Assembly: GCA_035262825.1 (NCBI GenBank)
Contig: DATFSB010000207.1
Location: 1-42,794, forward strand
Length of the DNA: 42,794 bases
Direction of reading: 5' to 3'
Source: Gemmatimonadales bacterium
GTDB lineage: Bacteria > Gemmatimonadota > Gemmatimonadetes > Gemmatimonadales > GWC2-71-9
The position numbers were made by a program, and so were the translations under genes. This document shows positions 8,701 through 16,291 of the stretch, piece after piece; position 1 is the first letter of the stretch, and the number at the start of each line of letters is the position of its first letter. The notes under the pieces are model-generated. The model saw only the letters and a list, made by a program, of their open reading frames with translations, did not search any database and was not told the origin of the DNA.

Positions 8701-10514
8701 CAGTAGTCCACCGGACGAAGGTAGAACTCGCCGATCGCAGTCTGCGATAGCACGGCGACCGTCGGCAAGCGGCGTTTCCAGTGCGTCGAGTCGAGCCGCC
8801 GCTGCACCGCCACGACGGTCTTCGGATCGAAGCCCCGCGCCTCGAGCTCCTCCGGCCCGTACCCGCGGATCAGATAATAGAGGATAGGATCGGCCTGCTG
8901 GTAGGTGAACCCGTAGTCACGCTCCGTCTCCTGGCCGGGGATCAAATCGGGTGTGGCGGGCTTGGAGAGGATGACGTCGGGGACGCCGACGTGGCGCGCC
9001 AGCTCCCACACCTGCGTCTTGAAGAGATCGCCCAGCGGGTTGACCGGGGGCGAATCGTCGGCGTGCCAGGTGAAGTAGCCGAGCAGCCGCTCCGATTTGT
9101 TGCCGGTGCCGAGCGGCAGGGCGGCGTATTTCGCCGACAGGTCGAAGAGGACGATCATGCGCTCGCGCGCCATGACATTGCCTGCTCGCGTCGGTGACAC
9201 GCCGTCAGCCGACGACAGATACCCGTCCACCGCGTTCGTGATGTCGACGGTCACGGACTGGATGCCCAGCTTCTCGATCACGAGCTGCGCATGCGACAGA
9301 CTCTCCGGGCTCGACGAGCGGTACGGCATGCGCACGCCGATCACGTTGTCCTTCCCGAGCGCCCTGGCGGCCAGGAACGCGGTCAGCGCCGAGTCGACGC
9401 CTCCCGAAATCCCCACGATTCCTTTCGTGAAGTTGCGCCGCCGCACTACCTCGTCTTTCAGAAAACTCACGAGCCACTTTTCTACCAGCGCGCTGTCGAT
9501 GTGCAGGGGATCGCCCTCTCCGGCGGCGCGGCGGAAGACGTGAACCGGTGGCGCGGCGGGCGCGGCGCTGCTCGCTTTGGTGCGCGCGCCGTTGGTCGCC
9601 GGGTCGTACTTGACCGCTATCGCCTTACCACCCTTATCCCCGGTTCCCAACCCCTTGGTCAGGATCGGCAGCGCGCTTTGCAGGTCGGCGAGCAGCGGCG
9701 AATCCGCGCGCGCGTGGGTCAGCTGCTCGAGGTCGAGCTCGGCGGTGACCAGTCCCTCCTCGAACAACGGACCGCGTACCACCAGCTCTCCCATGGGGTC
9801 GATCACGACCGATGCCCCGGGGAACCCCTTCCCTCCCTCGAACCCGACGAGGTTCGCCAGCACCACGAACACGCCGTGCTCCTCGGCAATGCCCTGGACC
9901 ACGCGTTCCCAACGCACCATGCTCGCCGGCAGCTTCGTGCCGCCCTCGTCCACTCCGGTGCCGCGTGCCGGCGAGGCGCTCGGCACGATGATCAGCTGCG
10001 CCCCCTCGAGCGCCGCGATCGTCGCGGCGAGACTGTGCCAGGCGTCCTCGCAGATCAGGATCGCGGCCCGCCCGCCCCAGCTCGTGTCGAACGCGCGCAC
10101 GCCTTCCTGGCCGCGATCGACGAAACGTTCCTCGTCGAACACGCCGTAGGTGGGGAGAAACACCTTGCGATGGATGTGCCGCACCTCGGGGCGTTTGCCG
10201 CCGAGGGTGGCGTAAAGGCACGAATTGAAGAAGTGGTTCTGATATCGCTCGTAGAAGCCGATCGCCATGTCGAGCGGCGCGGCCCCCGCCGGGAACACAC
10301 GGGCGAGATCGTCAGCCAGGGTGCCTGCGGTGACCGCGACTTCCTTGACTCCGCCCTCGACGAAGTACCCCGACGTCGAGGTCTCGGGGAAGACGACGAG
10401 GTCGGGGCGGACGTCCAGCGCGCTCGCCTCGGCGAGCACGATGCCGATGCGCTCGAGGTTGGCGGCGTACTCGCCCTTCATAGGCCGGAATTGGGAAACG
10501 GCGAGCTTGAGCAT
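8700..10514 (-). CDS. nadE: Glutamine-dependent NAD+ synthetase (CN-hydrolase domain plus NAD synthetase domain), 604 aa
   Basis: N-terminal nitrilase-like domain (FPETSTSGY, ILICEDAWH) and C-terminal GISGGVDSAL P-loop. I prefer the ATG at 10514 (MLKLAVSQF); the track ORF start is 10613. Confidence 0.9.
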   Translation of the reverse strand: MLKLAVSQFRPMKGEYAANLERIGIVLAEASALDVRPDLVVFPETSTSGYFVEGGVKEVAVTAGTLADDLARVFPAGAAPLDMAIGFYERYQNHFFNSCLYATLGGKRPEVRHIHRKVFLPTYGVFDEERFVDRGQEGVRAFDTSWGGRAAILICEDAWHSLAATIAALEGAQLIIVPSASPARGTGVDEGGTKLPASMVRWERVVQGIAEEHGVFVVLANLVGFEGGKGFPGASVVIDPMGELVVRGPLFEEGLVTAELDLEQLTHARADSPLLADLQSALPILTKGLGTGDKGGKAIAVKYDPATNGARTKASSAAPAAPPVHVFRRAAGEGDPLHIDSALVEKWLVSFLKDEVVRRRNFTKGIVGISGGVDSALTAFLAARALGKDNVIGVRMPYRSSSPESLSHAQLVIEKLGIQSVTVDITNAVDGYLSSADGVSPTRAGNVMARERMIVLFDLSAKYAALPLGTGNKSERLLGYFTWHADDSPPVNPLGDLFKTQVWELARHVGVPDVILSKPATPDLIPGQETERDYGFTYQQADPILYYLIRGYGPEELEARGFDPKTVVAVQRRLDSTHWKRRLPTVAVLSQTAIGEFYLRPVDY

Positions 10515-10546
10515 CTCGCGGGAAAGATACGTTATCTTATCAGACC

Positions 10547-10612
10547 ATAGGCGATGGAGTTCGCCTCGAAACCGCCACGGCCAAGCGGCCGCCGGCTGAT
10601 GACTCCTACCCA
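10547..10612 (+). promoter_or_regulatory. Fluoride riboswitch (crcB RNA motif) aptamer
   Basis: AUAGGCGAUGGAGUUCGCCUCGAAACCGCCACGGCCAAGCGGCCGCCGGCUGAUGACUCCUACC carries the conserved GGCGAUGG..UUCGCC, AACCGCC and GGCUGAUGA..CCUAC blocks. It lies directly upstream of crcB. Confidence 0.85.
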
Positions 10613-10633
10613 ACTCGAGGGGGGAGTTTTTTT
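10602..10633 (+). terminator. Riboswitch expression platform: candidate intrinsic terminator
   Basis: ACUCCUACC (10602-10610) pairs with GGGGGGAGU (10619-10627), with one G-U pair and one mismatch and an 8-nt loop. It is followed by U7 (10627-10633). The 5' arm is shared with the aptamer 3' end. Confidence 0.6.
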
Positions 10634-10634
10634 C

Positions 10635-11009
10635 TTGATCCTTTACATCGCGGCAGGCGGCGTCGCCGGCACGCTGGCGCGCTGGTATCTCCAGGGTTGG
10701 ATCCAGACCCGCTCGGGGCTCAGTGGCTTTCCGATCGGGACACTGGCGATCAACCTGGCGGGGTCGTTGATCCTCGGCTTCATCATCCGGCTCGCGACCG
10801 GATCGACGGTGATCACCCCCGAGCTGCGGGCAGGTTTGACGATCGGATTTTGCGGCGGGTTCACGACGATGAGCACGTTCGCGTTCGAGAGCGTACGGCT
10901 CCTGGGCGACGGCGAATATTGGTGGGCGACGCTCTACATGAGCGGGACGATCGTCGGCTGCCTGGTCGCGGTCATCGCGGGAACGATGCTGGCGGAGCGG
11001 GTGCTCTGA
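10635..11009 (+). CDS. crcB: Fluoride ion channel CrcB/FluC, 124 aa
   Basis: LILYIAAGGVAGTLARW...GFCGGFTTMSTF. I prefer the TTG at 10635, preceded by GAGGGGGGAG. The ATG at 10599 used by the track lies inside the conserved CUGAUGA of the riboswitch. Confidence 0.85.
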   Translation: MILYIAAGGVAGTLARWYLQGWIQTRSGLSGFPIGTLAINLAGSLILGFIIRLATGSTVITPELRAGLTIGFCGGFTTMSTFAFESVRLLGDGEYWWATLYMSGTIVGCLVAVIAGTMLAERVL

Positions 11010-11413
11010 TGGAGGACCGCATGCATAACCGGTTCAAGGGCGAGCGCACCCTGATGCGCATCTTCATCGGGGAGAGCGACAAGTATCGCGGCAAGCCACT
11101 GTACGAGGCGCTGGTAGAGCGGCTCCGGGAGAAAGGCCTGGCGGGAGCGACGGTGCTGCGCGGCGTCGCCGGATTCGGCGCGTCGAGCACCGTGCACACG
11201 GAGAAGATCCTGCGCCTCTCCCTCGACCTTCCGATCATCGTCGAGGTGGTCGAGACGGAAGACGCCATCCAAGCCGTGCTTCCCGACCTCGATGAGATGA
11301 TCGGCGGCGGATTGATCACGCTGGAGCGCGCCCGGGTGATCATGTATCGACCGGGCAACGTGCGCCCCAGCCAACGGGAGACGCACCGCATCGAGGGGCT
11401 CGAGCCGTCGTGA
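11009..11413 (+). CDS. DUF190 domain protein (crcB-associated), 134 aa
   Basis: LMRIFIGESDKYRGKPLYEALVERLREKGLAGATVLRGVAGFG. The start ATG shares one nt with the crcB stop codon TGA. Confidence 0.8.
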   Translation: MEDRMHNRFKGERTLMRIFIGESDKYRGKPLYEALVERLREKGLAGATVLRGVAGFGASSTVHTEKILRLSLDLPIIVEVVETEDAIQAVLPDLDEMIGGGLITLERARVIMYRPGNVRPSQRETHRIEGLEPS

Positions 11414-12009
11414 AGCTCATCCTCTGGCTCCCGGCGGGATTCTCCGCGGTTGCCATCGCCGTCACCGCCGGCTGGACGGCTCCGCTCGATCAGGCGGTCG
11501 TGATGAGCGTCGCCGGCCACCGCACCGATCTCTTGAACGCCCTCGCCGTCAATTTCACCGCCCTGGGCAGCGCTCCAGTTATCACTCTCGTCACGTTGTT
11601 CGTGACGCTCTACGCCCTCGCCGCAGGCCGGCAGCGCATCGCTCTCGCCCTGCTCTGGACGCCCCTCTCGTTTCTCCTCGACGAGGTGTTGAAGCTCCTG
11701 TTTCAACACCCCCGACCCACCATGGCCATCATCGCCATTCCCGATTCCTACAGCTTCCCGAGCGGCCATGCCGTGGCGGCGAGCGCGCTGTACACCACCC
11801 TGGCCCTGATAGCGGCACAGAGCGAACGGCGCCGACGCCCACGCCGCATCATCGTCTGGGCCGGCGTGCTGGTCCCAATAGTGGTGGCGTGGAGCAGGGT
11901 GTACCTGGGAGTGCACTACTTATCAGATGTGGTGGGAGGATTGTTACTCGGGGGAGCGGGGGCGGTAGCGGCTGCGGCTTTTCTAGTCCACGAGTCGGTC
12001 AGACAGTGA
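11410..12009 (+). CDS. PAP2-family phosphatase (membrane), 199 aa
   Basis: KLLFQHPRP, PSGH and SRVYLGVHYLSD are the three PAP2 motifs. GTGA overlap with the DUF190 stop. Confidence 0.85.
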   Translation: MKLILWLPAGFSAVAIAVTAGWTAPLDQAVVMSVAGHRTDLLNALAVNFTALGSAPVITLVTLFVTLYALAAGRQRIALALLWTPLSFLLDEVLKLLFQHPRPTMAIIAIPDSYSFPSGHAVAASALYTTLALIAAQSERRRRPRRIIVWAGVLVPIVVAWSRVYLGVHYLSDVVGGLLLGGAGAVAAAAFLVHESVRQ

Positions 12010-12058
12010 CCCCTGAGGCCAAGCCGCTTAGCGGGTCTTAGTTGATGGTTGTAGCCAC

Positions 12059-13393
12059 TTAGTTACTCTCGTTCCTTCTGTCGACTACCGAGACGACGCT
12101 GAGGGTGTATGTCGCTGCCATCACCAATATTGAGATGATCACTACTGTCGGCTGAGCGATTGCGGTTCCGACAAATAGCGCCGCGTAGATCATGACAAAC
12201 ACAATCGGCAGCACCGGGTAGAGCGGCGCCAGGAACGGCGCCGCTGGATTCTTGCGTCGCGCCACGACCAGCGCGAGGACGGCGATCGAGTCCACGATCA
12301 GAATCAGCGTGATCGTGAGTGCCAGCAGCTGTTCGAACGTGCCGCTCAGCGCCAGCAGTATCGCCGTGAATCCTACCAGCGTCATCGCCGCCCATGGCGT
12401 GCCACCCGCATTGACTCGCGCAAGGTCCTTGGGGCCCAAACCTTCCCGCGCCAGGCCGAAGATGACACGAGGCGTGACGAAGATGTTGCCGTTGAGCGAT
12501 GCGATCACGACGAGCAGCGACAACGCGAGGAACGCCACGCCCGCCGCCTCTCCGAACAGCGCCGTCATCACATCGGCTGCGACCAGCTTCGATGCCCCCA
12601 CCTTGTCGAGCGGCAGCACGTGGACGTATGCCGCATTGAGGGCGAGATACAGCACCGTCACGAGCGTGATCCCGCCGAGGTAGATCCGCGGCAGGCTCGT
12701 CGACGGTTGGACGACTTCTTCGGCGATCTTCCCGCCATCGAGGTAGCCGTAGTAGGACCACACCACCGCCTGGAAGGCGACCGCCATCGCGGCAAACAGC
12801 GCCGCGCCATGCGGAGCCGCGGGGAGTGAGGTCGACCAGCCGACACCGGTGCCGCGAGCAAACGCGGCGATGACCACGACGACGAGACCGGCCACTTTCA
12901 GCGTGGTGGAGACGTTCTGCACCCAGCGACCTGAGGCTACACCGGTGAGGTTGACGCCCGTAAACAGGACGAGCAGGCCGACTCCGAGCCCCTGCGCCGC
13001 TCCGTCCGGCTCCCCGATGAGCCGACCCAGATACTCGCCGCACACCACGGCGATCGCGGCGATCGCCGCGATGTAGATGACCGCCTCCACCCAGCCGACG
13101 ACGAACCCGATGCGAGGCCCGAACGCCTCGCGCGCATAGACGTACTTCCCACCGGCCTGCGGGTATCGCGTCGCCAGCTCGGCGAAAATGAGGCAGCCCA
13201 TGAACGCGACGATACCGCCCGCCAGCCAGGCGAAGAACGTGAGCCCGGGCCGACCCAGCTGCGACGCCACGCCGCCCGGCGTGCGGAAGATCCCCGAACC
13301 GACCATGATCCCGACGACCATCGCCAGGCCGTCGCGGACACGAAGCGACCGTTTGAGCTCGATCATGCGAGGCCCAAACGGTCGCTTCAACAA
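12059..13393 (-). CDS. APC-superfamily amino acid permease, 444 aa
   Basis: About 12 TM spans. MVVGIMVGSGIFRTPG is the N-terminal APC motif. Confidence 0.85.
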   Translation of the reverse strand: MLKRPFGPRMIELKRSLRVRDGLAMVVGIMVGSGIFRTPGGVASQLGRPGLTFFAWLAGGIVAFMGCLIFAELATRYPQAGGKYVYAREAFGPRIGFVVGWVEAVIYIAAIAAIAVVCGEYLGRLIGEPDGAAQGLGVGLLVLFTGVNLTGVASGRWVQNVSTTLKVAGLVVVVIAAFARGTGVGWSTSLPAAPHGAALFAAMAVAFQAVVWSYYGYLDGGKIAEEVVQPSTSLPRIYLGGITLVTVLYLALNAAYVHVLPLDKVGASKLVAADVMTALFGEAAGVAFLALSLLVVIASLNGNIFVTPRVIFGLAREGLGPKDLARVNAGGTPWAAMTLVGFTAILLALSGTFEQLLALTITLILIVDSIAVLALVVARRKNPAAPFLAPLYPVLPIVFVMIYAALFVGTAIAQPTVVIISILVMAATYTLSVVSVVDRRNESN

Positions 13394-13410
13394 TCAGATG
13401 TCGCTAGTGG

Positions 13411-14754
13411 TCAGGGACGCCGGCGACCCCCGCCGCCGTTGGACGGGCGCGATCCGCCGGACGACGAGCTTGGCGCCGACCGGCCGCCTCCACCTGCGGA
13501 CGACCCACCGCCTCCGCTGCGCTCGCCGCGGCCACCGCCATTGTCCCCGCCGCTCGAGCGGGGTCGGTCCGCGGAGCGCGGGGAGTCGCGCCGTCCGCCT
13601 CCGTTGTCACCACCGCTGTACGAGCCGCCGCTCGAGCGCGGACGCGACTCGGTGGACGACGGCGGATCGCGCCGACCGCCACCATTGTCACCACCACTGT
13701 ACGAGCCACCGTTCGAGCGCGGACGCGATTCGGTGAACGGCGGCGGATCGCGCCGCCAGGTGCCGCGATCACCGGACGGAGACGCCGCGCGCCGCCGCGG
13801 ATCGACCTGCGGCTGGTTGCGGCTGCCGACACTCGACGGGTCGTCCCACCGCACCGGCGTGCCAAACGACGGGAACCGCTGCCGCGGCAGCACGAGCGGC
13901 GGCTGCGGCGCGGGCCGCTTGAACGTCAACCCCGGGAACGGGCGTCCGCCACCGGCAAAGTAGGTGCGGCGACCGCCGTAACAGAACGGATTGCCGTAGC
14001 AGCCGTACCCGTAAGGCCGATACGGCCGGTAGATCGCGCCATAATAGAACGGATCGTAGTAGTACGGATCGTAATAGAACGAATCGCAAAAGAACGGATC
14101 ATAAAGGAATGGGTCGCAGTAGCGGCGGTAATAAGGAGACCCGAAGTACAAACCGACGGAGAAGCGCGGGTAGTATCCCGGGCCGTAGTACCCGTCGTAG
14201 TACGAGTAAGACGGTCGATATCCCCCGCCGCCGACGCTGTAGCTCGTCACGTCGTAGTCGTAGTGGGCGGAGTCCGCCATCTGATCGACGATGTCCAGCA
14301 GGCCCGCTTCCGCGTCGTCCCGCATGCGGTCGCTCGCGAACACCCGATAATCCCAGTGGTCGCCGCGCACGAAGCGATCGTAGCGGAACGGCGTCGCCGA
14401 GCGCGCGGCGAGAATCGTCCCAGTGCCGCGGACGTCGTCGACGAAGAACGTCTCACGATCGCCGCGCCCGCGCAGCTCGAATTCATGGCCGCCACGGACG
14501 AAGTCGTCGTCGCCCGGATCGAGTGGAAACAGCACGCGCACGCGCCCGTCTGCGTCGCTGCGCAACACCAGCAGGTAGCCGTCTTCGGCCACGCGCACCC
14601 GCACCTTGGCGCGATCGCCCTGGTAGAAGTAGCCGCCCGAGTTGAGGGAAATACGAATCGGCGGGTCGTCGGCTGCCACCATGCGCGTTACCACGGCGGG
14701 TGAACCAACCGATCCGGTCGAAGCGACCAGGACAGCGAACAGTGCGGAGATCAT
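13411..14754 (-). CDS. Secreted DUF4384-like protein with Tyr/Pro/Phe-rich core and Gly/Ser/Arg-rich repetitive tail, 447 aa
   Basis: ATG at 14754 is preceded by GGGAGGA. It has a signal peptide (MISALFAVLVASTG). The segment YFYQGDRAKVRVRVAEDGYLLVLRSDADGRVRVLFP is DUF4384-like, followed by YYDGYYGPGYYP...YYDPYYYDPFYYG and then 27-aa repeats. Confidence 0.75.
   Translation of the reverse strand: MISALFAVLVASTGSVGSPAVVTRMVAADDPPIRISLNSGGYFYQGDRAKVRVRVAEDGYLLVLRSDADGRVRVLFPLDPGDDDFVRGGHEFELRGRGDRETFFVDDVRGTGTILAARSATPFRYDRFVRGDHWDYRVFASDRMRDDAEAGLLDIVDQMADSAHYDYDVTSYSVGGGGYRPSYSYYDGYYGPGYYPRFSVGLYFGSPYYRRYCDPFLYDPFFCDSFYYDPYYYDPFYYGAIYRPYRPYGYGCYGNPFCYGGRRTYFAGGGRPFPGLTFKRPAPQPPLVLPRQRFPSFGTPVRWDDPSSVGSRNQPQVDPRRRAASPSGDRGTWRRDPPPFTESRPRSNGGSYSGGDNGGGRRDPPSSTESRPRSSGGSYSGGDNGGGRRDSPRSADRPRSSGGDNGGGRGERSGGGGSSAGGGGRSAPSSSSGGSRPSNGGGGRRRP
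13531..13755 (-). repeat. In-frame tandem coding repeat (2 x 81 nt plus one degenerate 63-nt unit)
   Basis: RRDPPPFTESRPRSNGGSYSGGDNGGG / RRDPPSSTESRPRSSGGSYSGGDNGGG / RRDSPRSADRPRSSGGDNGGG. The DNA units are about 85% identical by eye. Confidence 0.85.
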
Positions 14755-14931
14755 GCTTCCTCCCAGGTCCAAACTACATCTATCACGCGAGGTTAGTCAC
14801 GCCATCCTCTCTCAAGAATCGCGCCGGGAGTCCTGAGCGCGCCAGGAGACCTGAAGCGTCTCACAGGGTGGACAGTGTGTGCCCTTTCGAGGCCAGTTAC
14901 TTTTGGCGGCGTGAGCGCCTTGCTCGACGCC

Positions 14932-15399
14932 ATGGCCGGGGCTGCCAACGCTAGTGAGCCCGTCGCGGGGCTCGTCACGAGCGGCCAACCGACCGCGCAA
15001 CAGCTCGCGGCCCTGAAACGTGTGGGATGCGAGCTGGTGCTCGATTGCCGGGACCCCATGGAGCCCCGCCCGCTTTCCGAGTCCGACGAAGTCAAGCGGG
15101 CGGGGATGGAATACATCGTGATCCCGGTGGGCCACACGCGCGGAGAAGATGAGACGCTGCGGCGCATCCGGGACGTGCTGGCGGCCAATGTGGGGAAACG
15201 GAAAATGCTGTACCACTGCGCGAGCGGAAATCGCGTTGGGGCGACGCTGATCCCCTATCTCATGCTCGATCAGCAGTTCTCCGAAGACGACGCGGTCATG
15301 ACCGCCATGCGGACAGGGGCCCGCAACGCAGAGTTAATTGAGTGGGCTCTGGAGTTCGTGAAAACGAACCAGATGGGTAGGCGGGCAGACGGTGGCTAA
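14932..15399 (+). CDS. DUF442-like Cys-X5-Arg phosphatase-fold protein, 155 aa
   Basis: SGQPTAQQLAALKRVGCELVLDCR and HCASGNRVG (the CX5R loop). An alternative GTG start exists at 14875. Confidence 0.65.
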   Translation: MAGAANASEPVAGLVTSGQPTAQQLAALKRVGCELVLDCRDPMEPRPLSESDEVKRAGMEYIVIPVGHTRGEDETLRRIRDVLAANVGKRKMLYHCASGNRVGATLIPYLMLDQQFSEDDAVMTAMRTGARNAELIEWALEFVKTNQMGRRADGG

Positions 15400-15413
15400 G
15401 CGGCACCGGGCAA

Positions 15414-15815
15414 CTAGGGTTTTGGCTCTTCTCTTCCTCCCGCGTATCTGTGCCAGTACATCCGCATCTCGCTGATCTTGCCATCCTTCGTCTCGCAGAA
15501 GATCGCCCCGCGGGCGTCGACCCACTCGCCGCTGCTGCGCCGCCGAAAGGTGCAGCGAAACTCGGTGGCGAACCACGGTCCCACCTCGAAGATTTCCCCG
15601 GAGCGGAAAGACACCTCGGCCTGCGTCGTGGGGAGGTCCTGCCAGTAGGCCCGGACGGCACCGATGCCGACGTCCTTGCGGCTGAAGGGGGTCTCGACGA
15701 AAACGGCATCGGTCGTAAAGACCGAAACCAGGCGATCGATGTCGGCCGCCTGCCAGGCGTCGCCGAAGGTGTCGATGAGCTCGCGATAGACCGGGGTGGG
15801 CGCCATGGGCCGCAC
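15414..15815 (-). CDS. NTF2/SnoaL-like family protein, 133 aa
   Basis: FGDAWQAADIDRLVSVFTTDAVFVETPF...GAVRAYW...GKISEMRMYW. Confidence 0.65.
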   Translation of the reverse strand: MRPMAPTPVYRELIDTFGDAWQAADIDRLVSVFTTDAVFVETPFSRKDVGIGAVRAYWQDLPTTQAEVSFRSGEIFEVGPWFATEFRCTFRRRSSGEWVDARGAIFCETKDGKISEMRMYWHRYAGGREEPKP

Positions 15816-15908
15816 AATATACAGACATCCGGAACTCGCGGCCGCGGCGTACGTAACAACGGAGTGTCCCGTTCGGGGACGCTCATCACGTCATGAGGAG
15901 GACACACC

Positions 15909-16286
15909 ATGTTGAAGCGCATGCTGGCCACGACCGCCGCGCTGGCACTCTTCGCCCTGCCGCTCCGGGCGCAGGCTGCCGCCGCCGGCAGCGGTGACCA
16001 GGTCACCCTCACGGGTCAGGTCATCGACGTCAACTGTTATTCGACGCACCAGCAGTCCGGCGCCCAGCACAAGAGCTGCGCGACGGCCTGCGCGAAACAG
16101 GGAGTGTCGCTGGCGATTCTCACCAACGATGGCACGATCTACATGGCGGTGAGCTCCAAGCCCGCCGATCCACAGAACTCACGCCTCCTGCCGTTCGTCG
16201 AAGGCAAGGTGAAGGTCACCGGAACGCACCGGATGGCGAGCGGCCTGCATACGATCGAGATCGCCACGATCGAAGCCGCGAGCTGA
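15909..16286 (+). CDS. Secreted hypothetical protein with 4 Cys, 125 aa
   Basis: Signal peptide MLKRMLATTAALALFALPLRAQA and SD GAGGAGG upstream. It sits 5 nt upstream of the next gene. Confidence 0.6.
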   Translation: MLKRMLATTAALALFALPLRAQAAAAGSGDQVTLTGQVIDVNCYSTHQQSGAQHKSCATACAKQGVSLAILTNDGTIYMAVSSKPADPQNSRLLPFVEGKVKVTGTHRMASGLHTIEIATIEAAS

Positions 16287-16291
16287 GCTTC

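Noticed and set aside
10599-10634. ATG at 10599 as the crcB start (track ORF 10554..11009).
   Set aside because: This ATG is part of the conserved riboswitch core and lies upstream of the terminator hairpin. The TTG at 10635 after GAGGGGGGAG yields the canonical 124-aa CrcB. I kept it as an alternative only.
13531-13755. Tandem 81-nt repeats considered as a CRISPR-like or non-coding array.
   Set aside because: There are only 2.8 units and no unique spacers. The repeats are in frame within the DUF4384-like ORF, so this is a coding repeat.
15862-15884. 9-bp hairpin GAGTGTCCC-gttcg-GGGACGCTC considered as a terminator.
   Set aside because: No U-tract follows it. It lies in the 5' leader of the 15909 gene, between divergent starts, so at most it is a leader structure and not a terminator.
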